DNA from: a virus
Taxonomy: Duplodnaviria > Caudoviricetes
Strand: one strand, 5' to 3'
IMG/VR virus record: IMGVR_UViG_2791355221_000001
Span: 39,234 to 103,233 of that record
Length of the DNA: 64,000 nucleotides
Shown here one piece after another: positions 1 to 8,798 of the stretch. A program made the translations under genes and the position numbers. The notes beneath the pieces are model-generated. The model made no database searches. It was not told where the DNA came from and saw only the letters and a list, made by a program, of their open reading frames with translations. Position 1 is the first letter of the stretch; every line of letters begins with the position of its first letter.

Positions 1-1656
1 TATGGTTGGAAAACCCGAATAATAACTATTGTATTTGAAATGATTATTTCTGAAAACGTGCATATCGTTGTCATTCAGCGACATGAAGAAATTACCAACG
101 TCAATCAAAGTATTCTTTTCAGCAACTACATGATAACCACCATCGCCAACCCAATTACCTGCATTACCGCCTACAATTGTATTGCTACTTATCTCGACAT
201 GCGCATTTGAGAAATGAGCTCCCATTAGACCAATAGCGGCAGTAGATTTCCATATAAAGTTGTTTGTAACTACACCTCTTAGCATAGTGTAGAGATTAAT
301 CCCAACATTTCCTGCGTTATATATACGATTGTTTTCGATAGTTGCATTGTAGATACCACATAGAATTCCGCAGAAACAACCATATATCAGATTATTTCGA
401 ATTGTAATTGCATCTCCGAAGAAATCTTCTTGATTAATAGCATAGCGTGTAGGATCATTGAAAAGTGGTTTACCGTAAATATCTAAACCATTTGCAAGTG
501 GTGTGCCAATATCATGAATAGTGTTATATTGTATGATATTTTCACTACCACCGGGCTGTATCCCTCCACGATGATTACCATAAATCTCATTCCACTCAAC
601 TAAGTTATGATGTGGATTTAATCCGAATTTCAGATGTATGGCTAGTTGAGATGATATTGTGCGAGTTGCATCAATTTCTTCATAGAACAAAAACCTATAC
701 TTTGCTGCTCCCGAAGGAATAGTCATTGGAGTATAAATTTTTTGATTCTGAATAGACGTAATGAATGTGTTGTCAGCTCTGTAATAGTAGACCCCAACAT
801 CTTTTGTAATTAGTCCTGTCGGTCGTGTGAATCCTTGACCAGTTATTGAAAATACATTAAAAATTCCAGTAGGAATGGAAATCATTTGAGTGACCAATGT
901 ATTTCCCGTTGCTGCCATTACCGCACCAGTATTTTTATCAAGATCATTCACTGTCAAAATTAATCCAAATTCAGCATATTCAGCAGGAGCAGTAGGCTTA
1001 AATCCAATGGAATCTCCCATAAAATGCGCAATCTCACAATGATTAACCGAACAATGACTCGATCCCATCGTAAATTGAACTCCTGTTGTCCACTCAATTG
1101 CTCTTTCAGAAGGATTTGTAAAACTTCTGTGCAACCTTTCCCCAAAAATCTTTCCATTTATAATGTGAGAATTATGAGCTGATACAAACACAAAGCTTTG
1201 AGCAGGGGAAGGCCATGCCCAAAAGTTTGATGATCCCGATACAGTATCAAATGGGGATTTAGAGTCTGAAGAGTACAATACCTGAAAAGTTGAACCATTT
1301 AAGTCAAGTGTCATATAATCTTTATCGATAACTATTTCTCTAGGATAGCAAATTGCGTACGAACCAGTGGGCATAACGATATGCCTATAGCCATTACTAT
1401 AAGCCCACTGTATTGCATTATTAATACCTTGTATATTATTGTCTGCTGTAATGTAATGAGCATTAACCCAAGGTTTAGCAGGTATTCCTTGGGTTATTCC
1501 CCATCGAGAAAGCTCTACGAGATAAGAAATAGCGCTTCGCCCAGTTAAGGAATTTAAAAAGTCTTGTAACGTTCCGTTGTTTCCCACATCTAACCAAAGT
1601 TCATAAGCACTCTTCCCATTAACTCCTGCTATATCAGATGGTTTCTTAACAATCAC
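1..1656 (-). CDS. Right-handed beta-helix (pectate lyase-like) protein, runs off the window; missing from ORF track
   Basis: Manual translation from GTG 1656: VIVKKPSDIAGVNGKSAYELWLDVGNNGTLQDFLNSL...NNIQGINNAIQWAYSNGYRHIVMPTGSYAI...TLDLNGSTF; N-terminal ~220 codons and the last codons checked were open. Confidence 0.7.
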   Translation of the reverse strand, partial: MIVKKPSDIAGVNGKSAYELWLDVGNNGTLQDFLNSLTGRSAISYLVELSRWGITQGIPAKPWVNAHYITADNNIQGINNAIQWAYSNGYRHIVMPTGSYAICYPREIVIDKDYMTLDLNGSTFQVLYSSDSKSPFDTVSGSSNFWAWPSPAQSFVFVSAHNSHIINGKIFGERLHRSFTNPSERAIEWTTGVQFTMGSSHCSVNHCEIAHFMGDSIGFKPTAPAEYAEFGLILTVNDLDKNTGAVMAATGNTLVTQMISIPTGIFNVFSITGQGFTRPTGLITKDVGVYYYRADNTFITSIQNQKIYTPMTIPSGAAKYRFLFYEEIDATRTISSQLAIHLKFGLNPHHNLVEWNEIYGNHRGGIQPGGSENIIQYNTIHDIGTPLANGLDIYGKPLFNDPTRYAINQEDFFGDAITIRNNLIYGCFCGILCGIYNATIENNRIYNAGNVGINLYTMLRGVVTNNFIWKSTAAIGLMGAHFSNAHVEISSNTIVGGNAGNWVGDGGYHVVAEKNTLIDVGNFFMSLNDNDMHVFRNNHFKYNSYYSGFPTI

Positions 1657-1675
1657 TGTCCATCATCCCACCCCT

Positions 1676-2719
1676 TTATAATCCGTAATACTGCCTTAAA
1701 GCTCCACATACTAAGGTTCCAACACGTTTTGTTCCTTCGGATGTCCAGTGTAATCCATCCGTTAAGTAAGTTTGCTGGTTTTTCTCGTTGTATCCCATAT
1801 TATTATACATGTCGATCACAGGCAGGTTGTATGCCTGACCGATAGACTTGACGTTATCACCTATGTCTCTGAGAGCTGTTCTCAAGGTTGTGCCTGTTGT
1901 ATCAGTCCATGCTCTCGGTGGAGTCATTAAGACGATTCTCAGCTTAGGGATTCTAGTCAGCAAACCTTCTATGAGCGTTTGGTAGGCACCAAAATAGGTG
2001 TTGGTATCAAATGTTGATCCTACTGGTTGAAGTGTACCACGAGTAGCAGATTCGTCATTTGTACCACCCATGATAGTAACGAGATCAGTTGTTGTAGTTA
2101 CAGTATCTTTATCCAACCACATACCTGAAGCACCTGACATTCTCTTTCCCGACACTGCCAGATTAGTAACGATTGGAATGTAATATTGCTCTCTGACGTT
2201 ATTCCACCATGAGTTACCCTGAGTTAAACTGTCTCCAATCAGTGTCCATTCCCCGATGCTCAGATCTGTTCGGTTAAATATAGTTCCACCTCTTACCCCA
2301 ATTTGGTTAAGCGGGTAGGAAAATGGAAAGACGTTGTTGTTCATGATTCCGAATGCCACGTAGCCTGCATAAGCTGCAATGTTTGCCGATGTTACTAACT
2401 CTATCGTGTTTGCATTGTAACAGACATAATAGAAGGTAGTAATTCCCATCTCAGCAGTAAAAGGCTTAGTTCCAGCATTTAACGTTAAGGAAACAGTTGG
2501 TGTCCACATGTTATAGGTTGTGAATGATATGGTCTTAGCTGTGAAATCTACTGCAAATTTTACGTTTCCACCAACGATCAGCTTTGTGGGTGTACTGTTA
2601 CTTCCACCACCAATTGCTGACCCGTTGAAGGTCATGGATCCTCCACTCTCGCCAATCTTGTCCAAAGTGGTCTTATTAAATGGAACATAGCTTGACCCGC
2701 TAGGTTTTTCAATGGTCAT
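1676..2719 (-). CDS. SGNH/GDSL hydrolase-domain protein
   Basis: IGDSLT, GGTND and DGLHW motifs in C-terminal half. Confidence 0.85.
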   Translation of the reverse strand: MTIEKPSGSSYVPFNKTTLDKIGESGGSMTFNGSAIGGGSNSTPTKLIVGGNVKFAVDFTAKTISFTTYNMWTPTVSLTLNAGTKPFTAEMGITTFYYVCYNANTIELVTSANIAAYAGYVAFGIMNNNVFPFSYPLNQIGVRGGTIFNRTDLSIGEWTLIGDSLTQGNSWWNNVREQYYIPIVTNLAVSGKRMSGASGMWLDKDTVTTTTDLVTIMGGTNDESATRGTLQPVGSTFDTNTYFGAYQTLIEGLLTRIPKLRIVLMTPPRAWTDTTGTTLRTALRDIGDNVKSIGQAYNLPVIDMYNNMGYNEKNQQTYLTDGLHWTSEGTKRVGTLVCGALRQYYGL

Positions 2720-2731
2720 TTGTCATACCTC

Positions 2732-4807
2732 CTACTTTAAGGCGTTATAGTTTTGAGTTAACTCTGCGGTAGTTAATACTCTGTTGTAATATCCCATATT
2801 TTTAAACAGAGGTTGAGTACCTAAGCTGTTTTGACCGAACATTAAAGGGGATGTAGATCCGTCTACATAGAAATCTGATGTAATGTTGGACACTGAATGA
2901 GCCAAAACATTATCAACGTAAATGTAAATCTTGGTTGCATCTCTCATTACTACCACATGGTGATAGGAATTGAAATCCGTCTGAGCCGTTGGATCTACAG
3001 CTGCTGGATAATTAGCTGATCCAGCTCCTTGCCCTATTTTCCCAGTTAAGGTACATTGAAAGTGGTTATCATAAGTGTATTCAAATCTTACAGCTGTGGG
3101 GGATACCCTACTAAATAGATGGGTTGCTGCTCCTGCTACAGGTTTGATCGTAGCAAATACAGTCCATTGATCAGCGTTGTGGAAATAGGTGTCAGGACTT
3201 GGAATAGTTTGCTTAGTAACTGGATTATCCTGATACAGAATCAATGAAGCATCATTTATTTTACCAGCTGGCGCCGCCGATGGGGTACCATTAACAACTG
3301 CACTTTGAGTAGACTCTCCAGCTCCATTTACTGCAGACACTTTATAAGCATAAGAAGTCCCGTTAGTAAGCCCCGTATCTGTGAGTCCATTTGTTGATGG
3401 TGCGCCAATTGATGTACCATCTCGATACAGTTTGTAGGAGGTTGCCCCTGACGAAACATTCCATGTTACCACGTTTTTAGCATCGCCAGAAACAACGGTC
3501 AAACCTGTAGGAGTTGCTGGAATTGCCAGTAGAGGAGTTGAGTTAATAGCAGAAGACTGAGCCGATTCTCCAGCACTATTCACAGCGGAAACAGTGTAAG
3601 AATAAGCCGTTCCATTTATGAGACCATTATCTGTAATAGTGTTTGTAGCTGGGTTGGAAACCTTAGTTCCACCGCGGTATACATTATATGATGTTGCACC
3701 ACTGACGGCTGTCCAGTTAAGTGTGACCTGACCATTCCCTGCCGTGGCAGTAAGTCCAGTTGGAACCAAAGGAATGGTAACGGCTACAGGAGCACCTTTC
3801 ACATAACATCTAAATGCCACAGTAGTAGCAATGGTGATTGCTGTAAATGAGTCGAATCTGTTTTCTACTACTTCTCCAGATGAAACAGCGATTGTGTTTC
3901 CATTAATAGTATAAGTTAAAGAGCTTGTTCCATCATTGGATACAACAACTCCAAACGAGGATGGAATCGCTCTATTGGTCACAGTAGTTGATCCAATGAA
4001 GCAATCTTTGATGACAGCAGTAGCAGCAGCAGTACCAACTCCCGCTCTTGCCTCAAATGTACTGGATGCTGTTATAGTAACTTGTGTGAATTCATCAAAA
4101 TGGTCGAGAAACTTTTCTAATGGTTTAATGGGAATGACTATTCCATTAACCGAAATAGTTAAATCTGACGTACCTGTATTATTCACATATAACTGATCTG
4201 CCTTTTGGGATAGGGTTTTAGTTCCCGTAACCGTCCATGTATCCCTGACGATGAACGTACTAAGGTTTAAACTACCTGAACCACCACTTCCAGAAAGGCC
4301 TTGAACTCCCTGTAATCCTTGGATACCTTGTTCACCTTTTAATCCTTGAATACCCTGAATCCCTTGAATCCCCTGATCTCCTTTAAGTCCTTGGATACCT
4401 TGGTCGCCTTTTTGCCCCTGAATACCTTGTGAACCTATAGCACCCTGAATTCCTTGCGCTCCCTTTAAAGAATCAATAAATTGTTGAGGTGTTCCTGTAT
4501 TTCCTAAATCTAGCCAGACTTGATATGCACTTTTGCCAGACGCACCACTAGAACCGCTACCGCCTACTAATACCCATAAAGATCCACTGTACATTTTAAA
4601 TGAGTATGGCTCAGATGCTGTGTCAATCCACAAATCGTAGGTTTTAGGTGAAGTTGGAGGAGTAGGTTGTTTAGGAATTTCTTTTTCTTTTTTTGATATT
4701 AAAATATCTAGTAAATCCATATTCTCACCAACAAATACTCTCAAATCTGCACTATCTGAACTAACTGGTTTTTTAAATCCTAGAGGAGTGAGTTCCAAAT
4801 TATTCAC
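2732..4807 (-). CDS. Collagen-like / fibronectin type III / LamG surface or fibre protein
   Basis: (G-X-Q)n run; two FN3 repeats (PTGLTATAGNGQVTLNW...YSYTVSAVNSAGES); C-terminal LamG-like domain (HHVVVMRD...YYNRVLT). Confidence 0.85.
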   Translation of the reverse strand: MNNLELTPLGFKKPVSSDSADLRVFVGENMDLLDILISKKEKEIPKQPTPPTSPKTYDLWIDTASEPYSFKMYSGSLWVLVGGSGSSGASGKSAYQVWLDLGNTGTPQQFIDSLKGAQGIQGAIGSQGIQGQKGDQGIQGLKGDQGIQGIQGIQGLKGEQGIQGLQGVQGLSGSGGSGSLNLSTFIVRDTWTVTGTKTLSQKADQLYVNNTGTSDLTISVNGIVIPIKPLEKFLDHFDEFTQVTITASSTFEARAGVGTAAATAVIKDCFIGSTTVTNRAIPSSFGVVVSNDGTSSLTYTINGNTIAVSSGEVVENRFDSFTAITIATTVAFRCYVKGAPVAVTIPLVPTGLTATAGNGQVTLNWTAVSGATSYNVYRGGTKVSNPATNTITDNGLINGTAYSYTVSAVNSAGESAQSSAINSTPLLAIPATPTGLTVVSGDAKNVVTWNVSSGATSYKLYRDGTSIGAPSTNGLTDTGLTNGTSYAYKVSAVNGAGESTQSAVVNGTPSAAPAGKINDASLILYQDNPVTKQTIPSPDTYFHNADQWTVFATIKPVAGAATHLFSRVSPTAVRFEYTYDNHFQCTLTGKIGQGAGSANYPAAVDPTAQTDFNSYHHVVVMRDATKIYIYVDNVLAHSVSNITSDFYVDGSTSPLMFGQNSLGTQPLFKNMGYYNRVLTTAELTQNYNALK
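4295..4465 (-). repeat. Collagen-like Gly-X-Y coding tandem repeat
   Basis: GAQGIQGAIGSQGIQGQKGDQGIQGLKGDQ...; 9-nt periodicity. Confidence 0.9.
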
Positions 4808-4896
4808 ATCTTTCTATTTTTATTTTAATGAGAACCCCTTATAAAATTTCCGAAATATCGATTACTTTAGAAGAGGCTCTCTTTTTTGAGAAGCCT

Positions 4897-4914
4897 ATAA
4901 AATTACACTTTTAT
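4897..4914. repeat. 18-bp junction palindrome ATAAAA-TTACAC-TTTTAT (leftmost copy)
   Basis: Overlaps stop codon of ORF 4911..5192. Confidence 0.8.
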
Positions 4915-5192
4915 TTGATAAACCCAATTGTATTTCTGAGGTATTCTTCCTCATCTAGCAAATTCTCATCTTCGTCTTGTTTATCACTTAAAAAGCCAAT
5001 AGCAGGTGACAGGTTGCCACCTTGATCAGCAATCTCTTGATAATCTAGAGACATAAGATTAGTATCAATTTGAATTGAAGTACTCTTTCTAGCTGCGCAT
5101 TGGCTAATAAGTTCAAGCAACATATCACACAATGGAAGCACATATCTATCCGCGACTACTCCTACAATTAAACCAATAATTAAAAATCCCAT
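4911..5192 (-). CDS. Small membrane-anchored hypothetical protein
   Basis: N-terminal hydrophobic helix; strong GGAGG RBS. Confidence 0.7.
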   Translation of the reverse strand: MGFLIIGLIVGVVADRYVLPLCDMLLELISQCAARKSTSIQIDTNLMSLDYQEIADQGGNLSPAIGFLSDKQDEDENLLDEEEYLRNTIGFIK

Positions 5193-5252
5193 AAATTATC
5201 CCTCCTGAATATAGAAGGGTAGAGGTCTGCCATTAACGGCATACATGCCATC

Positions 5253-5489
5253 TTAATATTTCAATTTGTAGTCCATTAATTCAGCCAAACTTTGAATAAG
5301 GTGAACAAACACTTTCTTAGTGTTTAACTCTTCAGCTTCTTCAACAATCATCTTTAATGCTGCGCGAACTTCTGTAGATGATTTGCATTCATTAATTATT
5401 TCCACATAAACGTCAACAAGACTCTCATACTCATCAATTAAGTCAGGTAAGAGGATAACATTTATTGGGATATTATGGCCATTAGGCAT
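5253..5489 (-). CDS. Hypothetical protein
   Basis: ORF co-oriented within operon. Confidence 0.55.
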   Translation of the reverse strand: MPNGHNIPINVILLPDLIDEYESLVDVYVEIINECKSSTEVRAALKMIVEEAEELNTKKVFVHLIQSLAELMDYKLKY

Positions 5490-5493
5490 ATCA

Positions 5494-6690
5494 TCACTTC
5501 ACTTTAATGTCATATGAGCATTCAATATTTGACCCATCTAAAATCAAGAATTTCTGCATAGGTTCAGCATAGAAACGTTTAGAGATTGCATAATCATCTA
5601 CGCCCATTAAACTGCCCGAAACAATATGTGTTGTACGTCCATGTTCTTTTACATGGTTATGGTGAATGTGTCCTGAAAACAAGAATTTAGGTATAATACC
5701 AAGCATTTGCGGCAATGTTTTCGCAGCAGAACTTACATAATCCAAATCTCCATGAACATAAACAAACTTTTCACCTTCAACCTCATCGATATAATATCCG
5801 TCTGCGTCAATTAAGATTTCAACATTCTTAAAATCCTTCAACCGAGACTCTAGATACCAAGGAACTAACTTTTCAAAGTTTTCCTTCATTACAGACTCAG
5901 TTTTATTTCCGATTGTTCTAGCATGATTTCCACAGATGTTAATCACTTTGACTGTATTAAAAATGCCAGAGAATTTAGCAGTCATTTCTGCCAATACCTC
6001 TGACACTACTTGAGTTTGTCTAATGACATCTTCAGATGCTTGAACACGAGAAGAAACATGTATCAGCCCATTAACTTGATCTCCTAGATTAGCAAGAACT
6101 AAGTCTGTTACATTATTACGTTCGGCATATGTAAGTGCTTTTGTTGTCAACTGTTCAACTCTAGAGCGAAACACAGAAGGATTGTATGTATTGAGGCTAT
6201 TACTAAAATCGGCTCCATAGTGCCAGTCACTTACCAATAAAACAGCTTTTTTCCCTTTATTGACTATAGAAGGGAAGGGAGGGGTCTGAAAATTTAGTGG
6301 TTTTTCATTCTTCAAGCTTGCTATAGATTTGTCGATTTCATTCTTCAAATGTTCAAATCGTGCCTGTGCTCTCACAGCATTGGTACGCTCACGTTTTTGA
6401 TCTCTAAATTGCCAAGTCTTTTTCTCAAGTTCGAGTGTCTTATCTTCGATTTCTTGCAAATACTCATTATTGCTTAGTTGAGACTTACTATATTCGACAC
6501 CACTTTGAAAATTAGTAAACCATTTGCGATATGTAGATTCAGTCCAATTTGCTTCAAACTCTTTATTAAGGAGATTGGCTACATCATACCAAGTTTCAAT
6601 GCCGAGCAATTCGCGGTCACGACAGATTCTGTATTTGTAGTCAATTGGAGACTCATTTTGCTTTCGTTTGACGTCGGAAGGAGAAGTCAT
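5494..6690 (-). CDS. YonJ-like calcineurin-type metallophosphoesterase
   Basis: SDWHYG, LGD, GNH, HGD, GHIHH motifs; next to yonK as in SPbeta. Confidence 0.8.
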   Translation of the reverse strand: MTSPSDVKRKQNESPIDYKYRICRDRELLGIETWYDVANLLNKEFEANWTESTYRKWFTNFQSGVEYSKSQLSNNEYLQEIEDKTLELEKKTWQFRDQKRERTNAVRAQARFEHLKNEIDKSIASLKNEKPLNFQTPPFPSIVNKGKKAVLLVSDWHYGADFSNSLNTYNPSVFRSRVEQLTTKALTYAERNNVTDLVLANLGDQVNGLIHVSSRVQASEDVIRQTQVVSEVLAEMTAKFSGIFNTVKVINICGNHARTIGNKTESVMKENFEKLVPWYLESRLKDFKNVEILIDADGYYIDEVEGEKFVYVHGDLDYVSSAAKTLPQMLGIIPKFLFSGHIHHNHVKEHGRTTHIVSGSLMGVDDYAISKRFYAEPMQKFLILDGSNIECSYDIKVK

Positions 6691-6695
6691 TCAAA

Positions 6696-6896
6696 TTACT
6701 CCTCCTCACCATCTGATTCTAATGGTTTAATAGATGTATCTTCTTTAAGTGAGAAGGTTGCTTCTTTACCATCGTATTCACGCAATGCTTCAAGAACACT
6801 ATAAACAAAAATCCCATCTTTCGTTTCTTCGGTGATAGTCATATTATCGACATCAAGTAAACCTTTGAATGAAACCGAATTATTTCTTTTAGCCAT
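6696..6896 (-). CDS. yonK: YonK-family protein
   Basis: Resembles SPbeta YonK (FKGLLDVDNMTITEETK...LREYDGK); synteny with yonJ-like, HU and yonO. Confidence 0.75.
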   Translation of the reverse strand: MAKRNNSVSFKGLLDVDNMTITEETKDGIFVYSVLEALREYDGKEATFSLKEDTSIKPLESDGEEE

Positions 6897-6931
6897 TTAT
6901 AAAACATCTCCCTAAAATTATTTTTATTTTT

Positions 6932-8254
6932 TTAAAGCATATCCGCGCAAAGTTGAGCGAGAGTAGATCTTTCGCCTTTACTTAATGTCATATGTCCTGC
7001 TTCTTTTACTTCCTTCATGGTTTCAATAATGTGTGTTAGCCCGTTGGAAAACTTGTCTAAATAAGGCGAATCAATTTGGTCAGGGTCGCCTAAGAGTACG
7101 ATTTTACTGCCCTCACCAATACGAGTTGCGATAGTTTTAACTTCATGCTTATTTAGATTTTGTGCCTCGTCAATAATAATGAACTGATTGGGAATACTGC
7201 GTCCGCGAATATATGTTAGTGCTTCAACTTTAATAACATCCTCATATCCTGTGAGGGTTTTATTTAACTCAGCCTCACTTTTGCAATTGAACAAATGCTC
7301 TAAGTTATCATAAATGGGTTGCATCCATGGACGAAGTTTTTCCTCTTTTTCGCCGGGCAAATATCCAATGTCCTTGCCCATTGGCACGACAGGACGCGCT
7401 ACAAGGATTCGTGTGTACTTACGATCATCTAATGTCTTTTTAAGCGCAACAGCTAACGCAATAAGGGTTTTACCCGTACCTGCCTTGCCAGACAGCGTAA
7501 CTAGAGGAACAGAGTCATCAAGCAATAGTTCCAAAGCCAGTCTTTGTTCAACATTACGAGCATTAATCCCAAAGACTTGTTCTTTCTCACTATAGTTGTA
7601 GAGAGGAGTCAATTTATTCTTAATCTTTCTGCAAAGAGCACTTTTCCGTTCATCAAATGATTTTAAAATGAATGAATGATTTTCTGGAAAGTCCTTAAAC
7701 TCCTTGCTGGCTTTCACCGATTTATCATTATAGAATCCGTCAATGATTTCATCTTCTACATATAGTGTGCTGAGTCCCTTATATAGCTCATCTTCTGAAG
7801 AAACAACTTTATCATGTTGATAATCCTCAGCCCTAACTGAAACAATATCCGATTTAATGCGAACCAATGTGTCTTTTGATACCATGATTACTTCTGCATC
7901 TGGATTGTCTTCTTTTAGTTGGTGAGCTACTGCAATAATTGCGTTGTCATTTTTATCATCTAAAAATGTTTCGAATACTACAGAGTCAGGTTTATGGATT
8001 ACAACTTTAAGAGTTCCACCATTATCAAGAAAGACACCTTCATGCAACATTCCTCGCTCACGTAGTTTGTCTAACTCTCGGGAAAAGTGTCTTGCATTCA
8101 GTCCAATGCCATCCATCAGTTTCTTTTTACTATCTACTTCCTCCAATAAGACAGAAGGGAGAACTACATCGTGTTCGCCAAATGAGTACATACCTAGTGC
8201 GTCATTTAGGATGACATTCGTGTCTAAAACATAAATTTTTCTTCTCATAGGCAA
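6932..8254 (-). CDS. phoH: PIN-PhoH (PhoH2/YlaK-like) protein
   Basis: PIN motif YVLDTNV; Walker A GKAGTGKT; RGRS and IIDEAQN. Confidence 0.9.
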   Translation of the reverse strand: MPMRRKIYVLDTNVILNDALGMYSFGEHDVVLPSVLLEEVDSKKKLMDGIGLNARHFSRELDKLRERGMLHEGVFLDNGGTLKVVIHKPDSVVFETFLDDKNDNAIIAVAHQLKEDNPDAEVIMVSKDTLVRIKSDIVSVRAEDYQHDKVVSSEDELYKGLSTLYVEDEIIDGFYNDKSVKASKEFKDFPENHSFILKSFDERKSALCRKIKNKLTPLYNYSEKEQVFGINARNVEQRLALELLLDDSVPLVTLSGKAGTGKTLIALAVALKKTLDDRKYTRILVARPVVPMGKDIGYLPGEKEEKLRPWMQPIYDNLEHLFNCKSEAELNKTLTGYEDVIKVEALTYIRGRSIPNQFIIIDEAQNLNKHEVKTIATRIGEGSKIVLLGDPDQIDSPYLDKFSNGLTHIIETMKEVKEAGHMTLSKGERSTLAQLCADML

Positions 8255-8365
8255 TTACCTCTCAGGTAAATAGAATGGGGAGGAGAGCAACCACTTTTAA
8301 GTGATCGCCCTCTTGGGTTTGCCCTATCAGTGGGCTTGAATATGTACAATAGAAGGAATGATTTA

Positions 8366-8641
8366 TTATTTATTTACCGCGTCTTTGACTGCTTTTGCTG
8401 GTTTCCATGCAGCATTTTTACTTTCAGGAATTTCGATTTCTGCTCCTGATTGAGGGTTTCGCCCTTTACGAGCACTACGTTTACGTGTTTCGAAATTTCC
8501 GAAACCAACAAGTTTTACAGAATCGCCAGATGCTAAAGTCTCAGTAATGACTTCCAAGGTTGTTTCTAGTGCAAGCGTAACATCTTTTTTAGTCATGTCT
8601 GTTTTTTCTACTACTACATTGATAAGTTCGGATTTGTTCAT
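8366..8641 (-). CDS. hup: HU DNA-binding protein (YonN-like)
   Basis: MNKSELI...GFGNFE...RKGRNPQSG signature. Confidence 0.95.
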   Translation of the reverse strand: MNKSELINVVVEKTDMTKKDVTLALETTLEVITETLASGDSVKLVGFGNFETRKRSARKGRNPQSGAEIEIPESKNAAWKPAKAVKDAVNK

Positions 8642-8798
8642 TTTAATATCTCCCTTTGGATTGTTTTATTTTGTATTTTTCGTATTTCAGTTAAATACTA
8701 TATGATATTAATAAACCATGTAGCATCACTATCATATGGCAATGATTGTAGATAGCTGAAAACCTAGTGTTTATAAGGTATTTTTTATTATTTTTACT

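Noticed and set aside
960-1157. 65-aa ORF in the track
   Set aside because: Alternate frame within the long beta-helix CDS 1..1656
4295-4465. Tandem repeats as a possible CRISPR array
   Set aside because: 9-nt coding periodicity of collagen triplets; no spacers or cas genes
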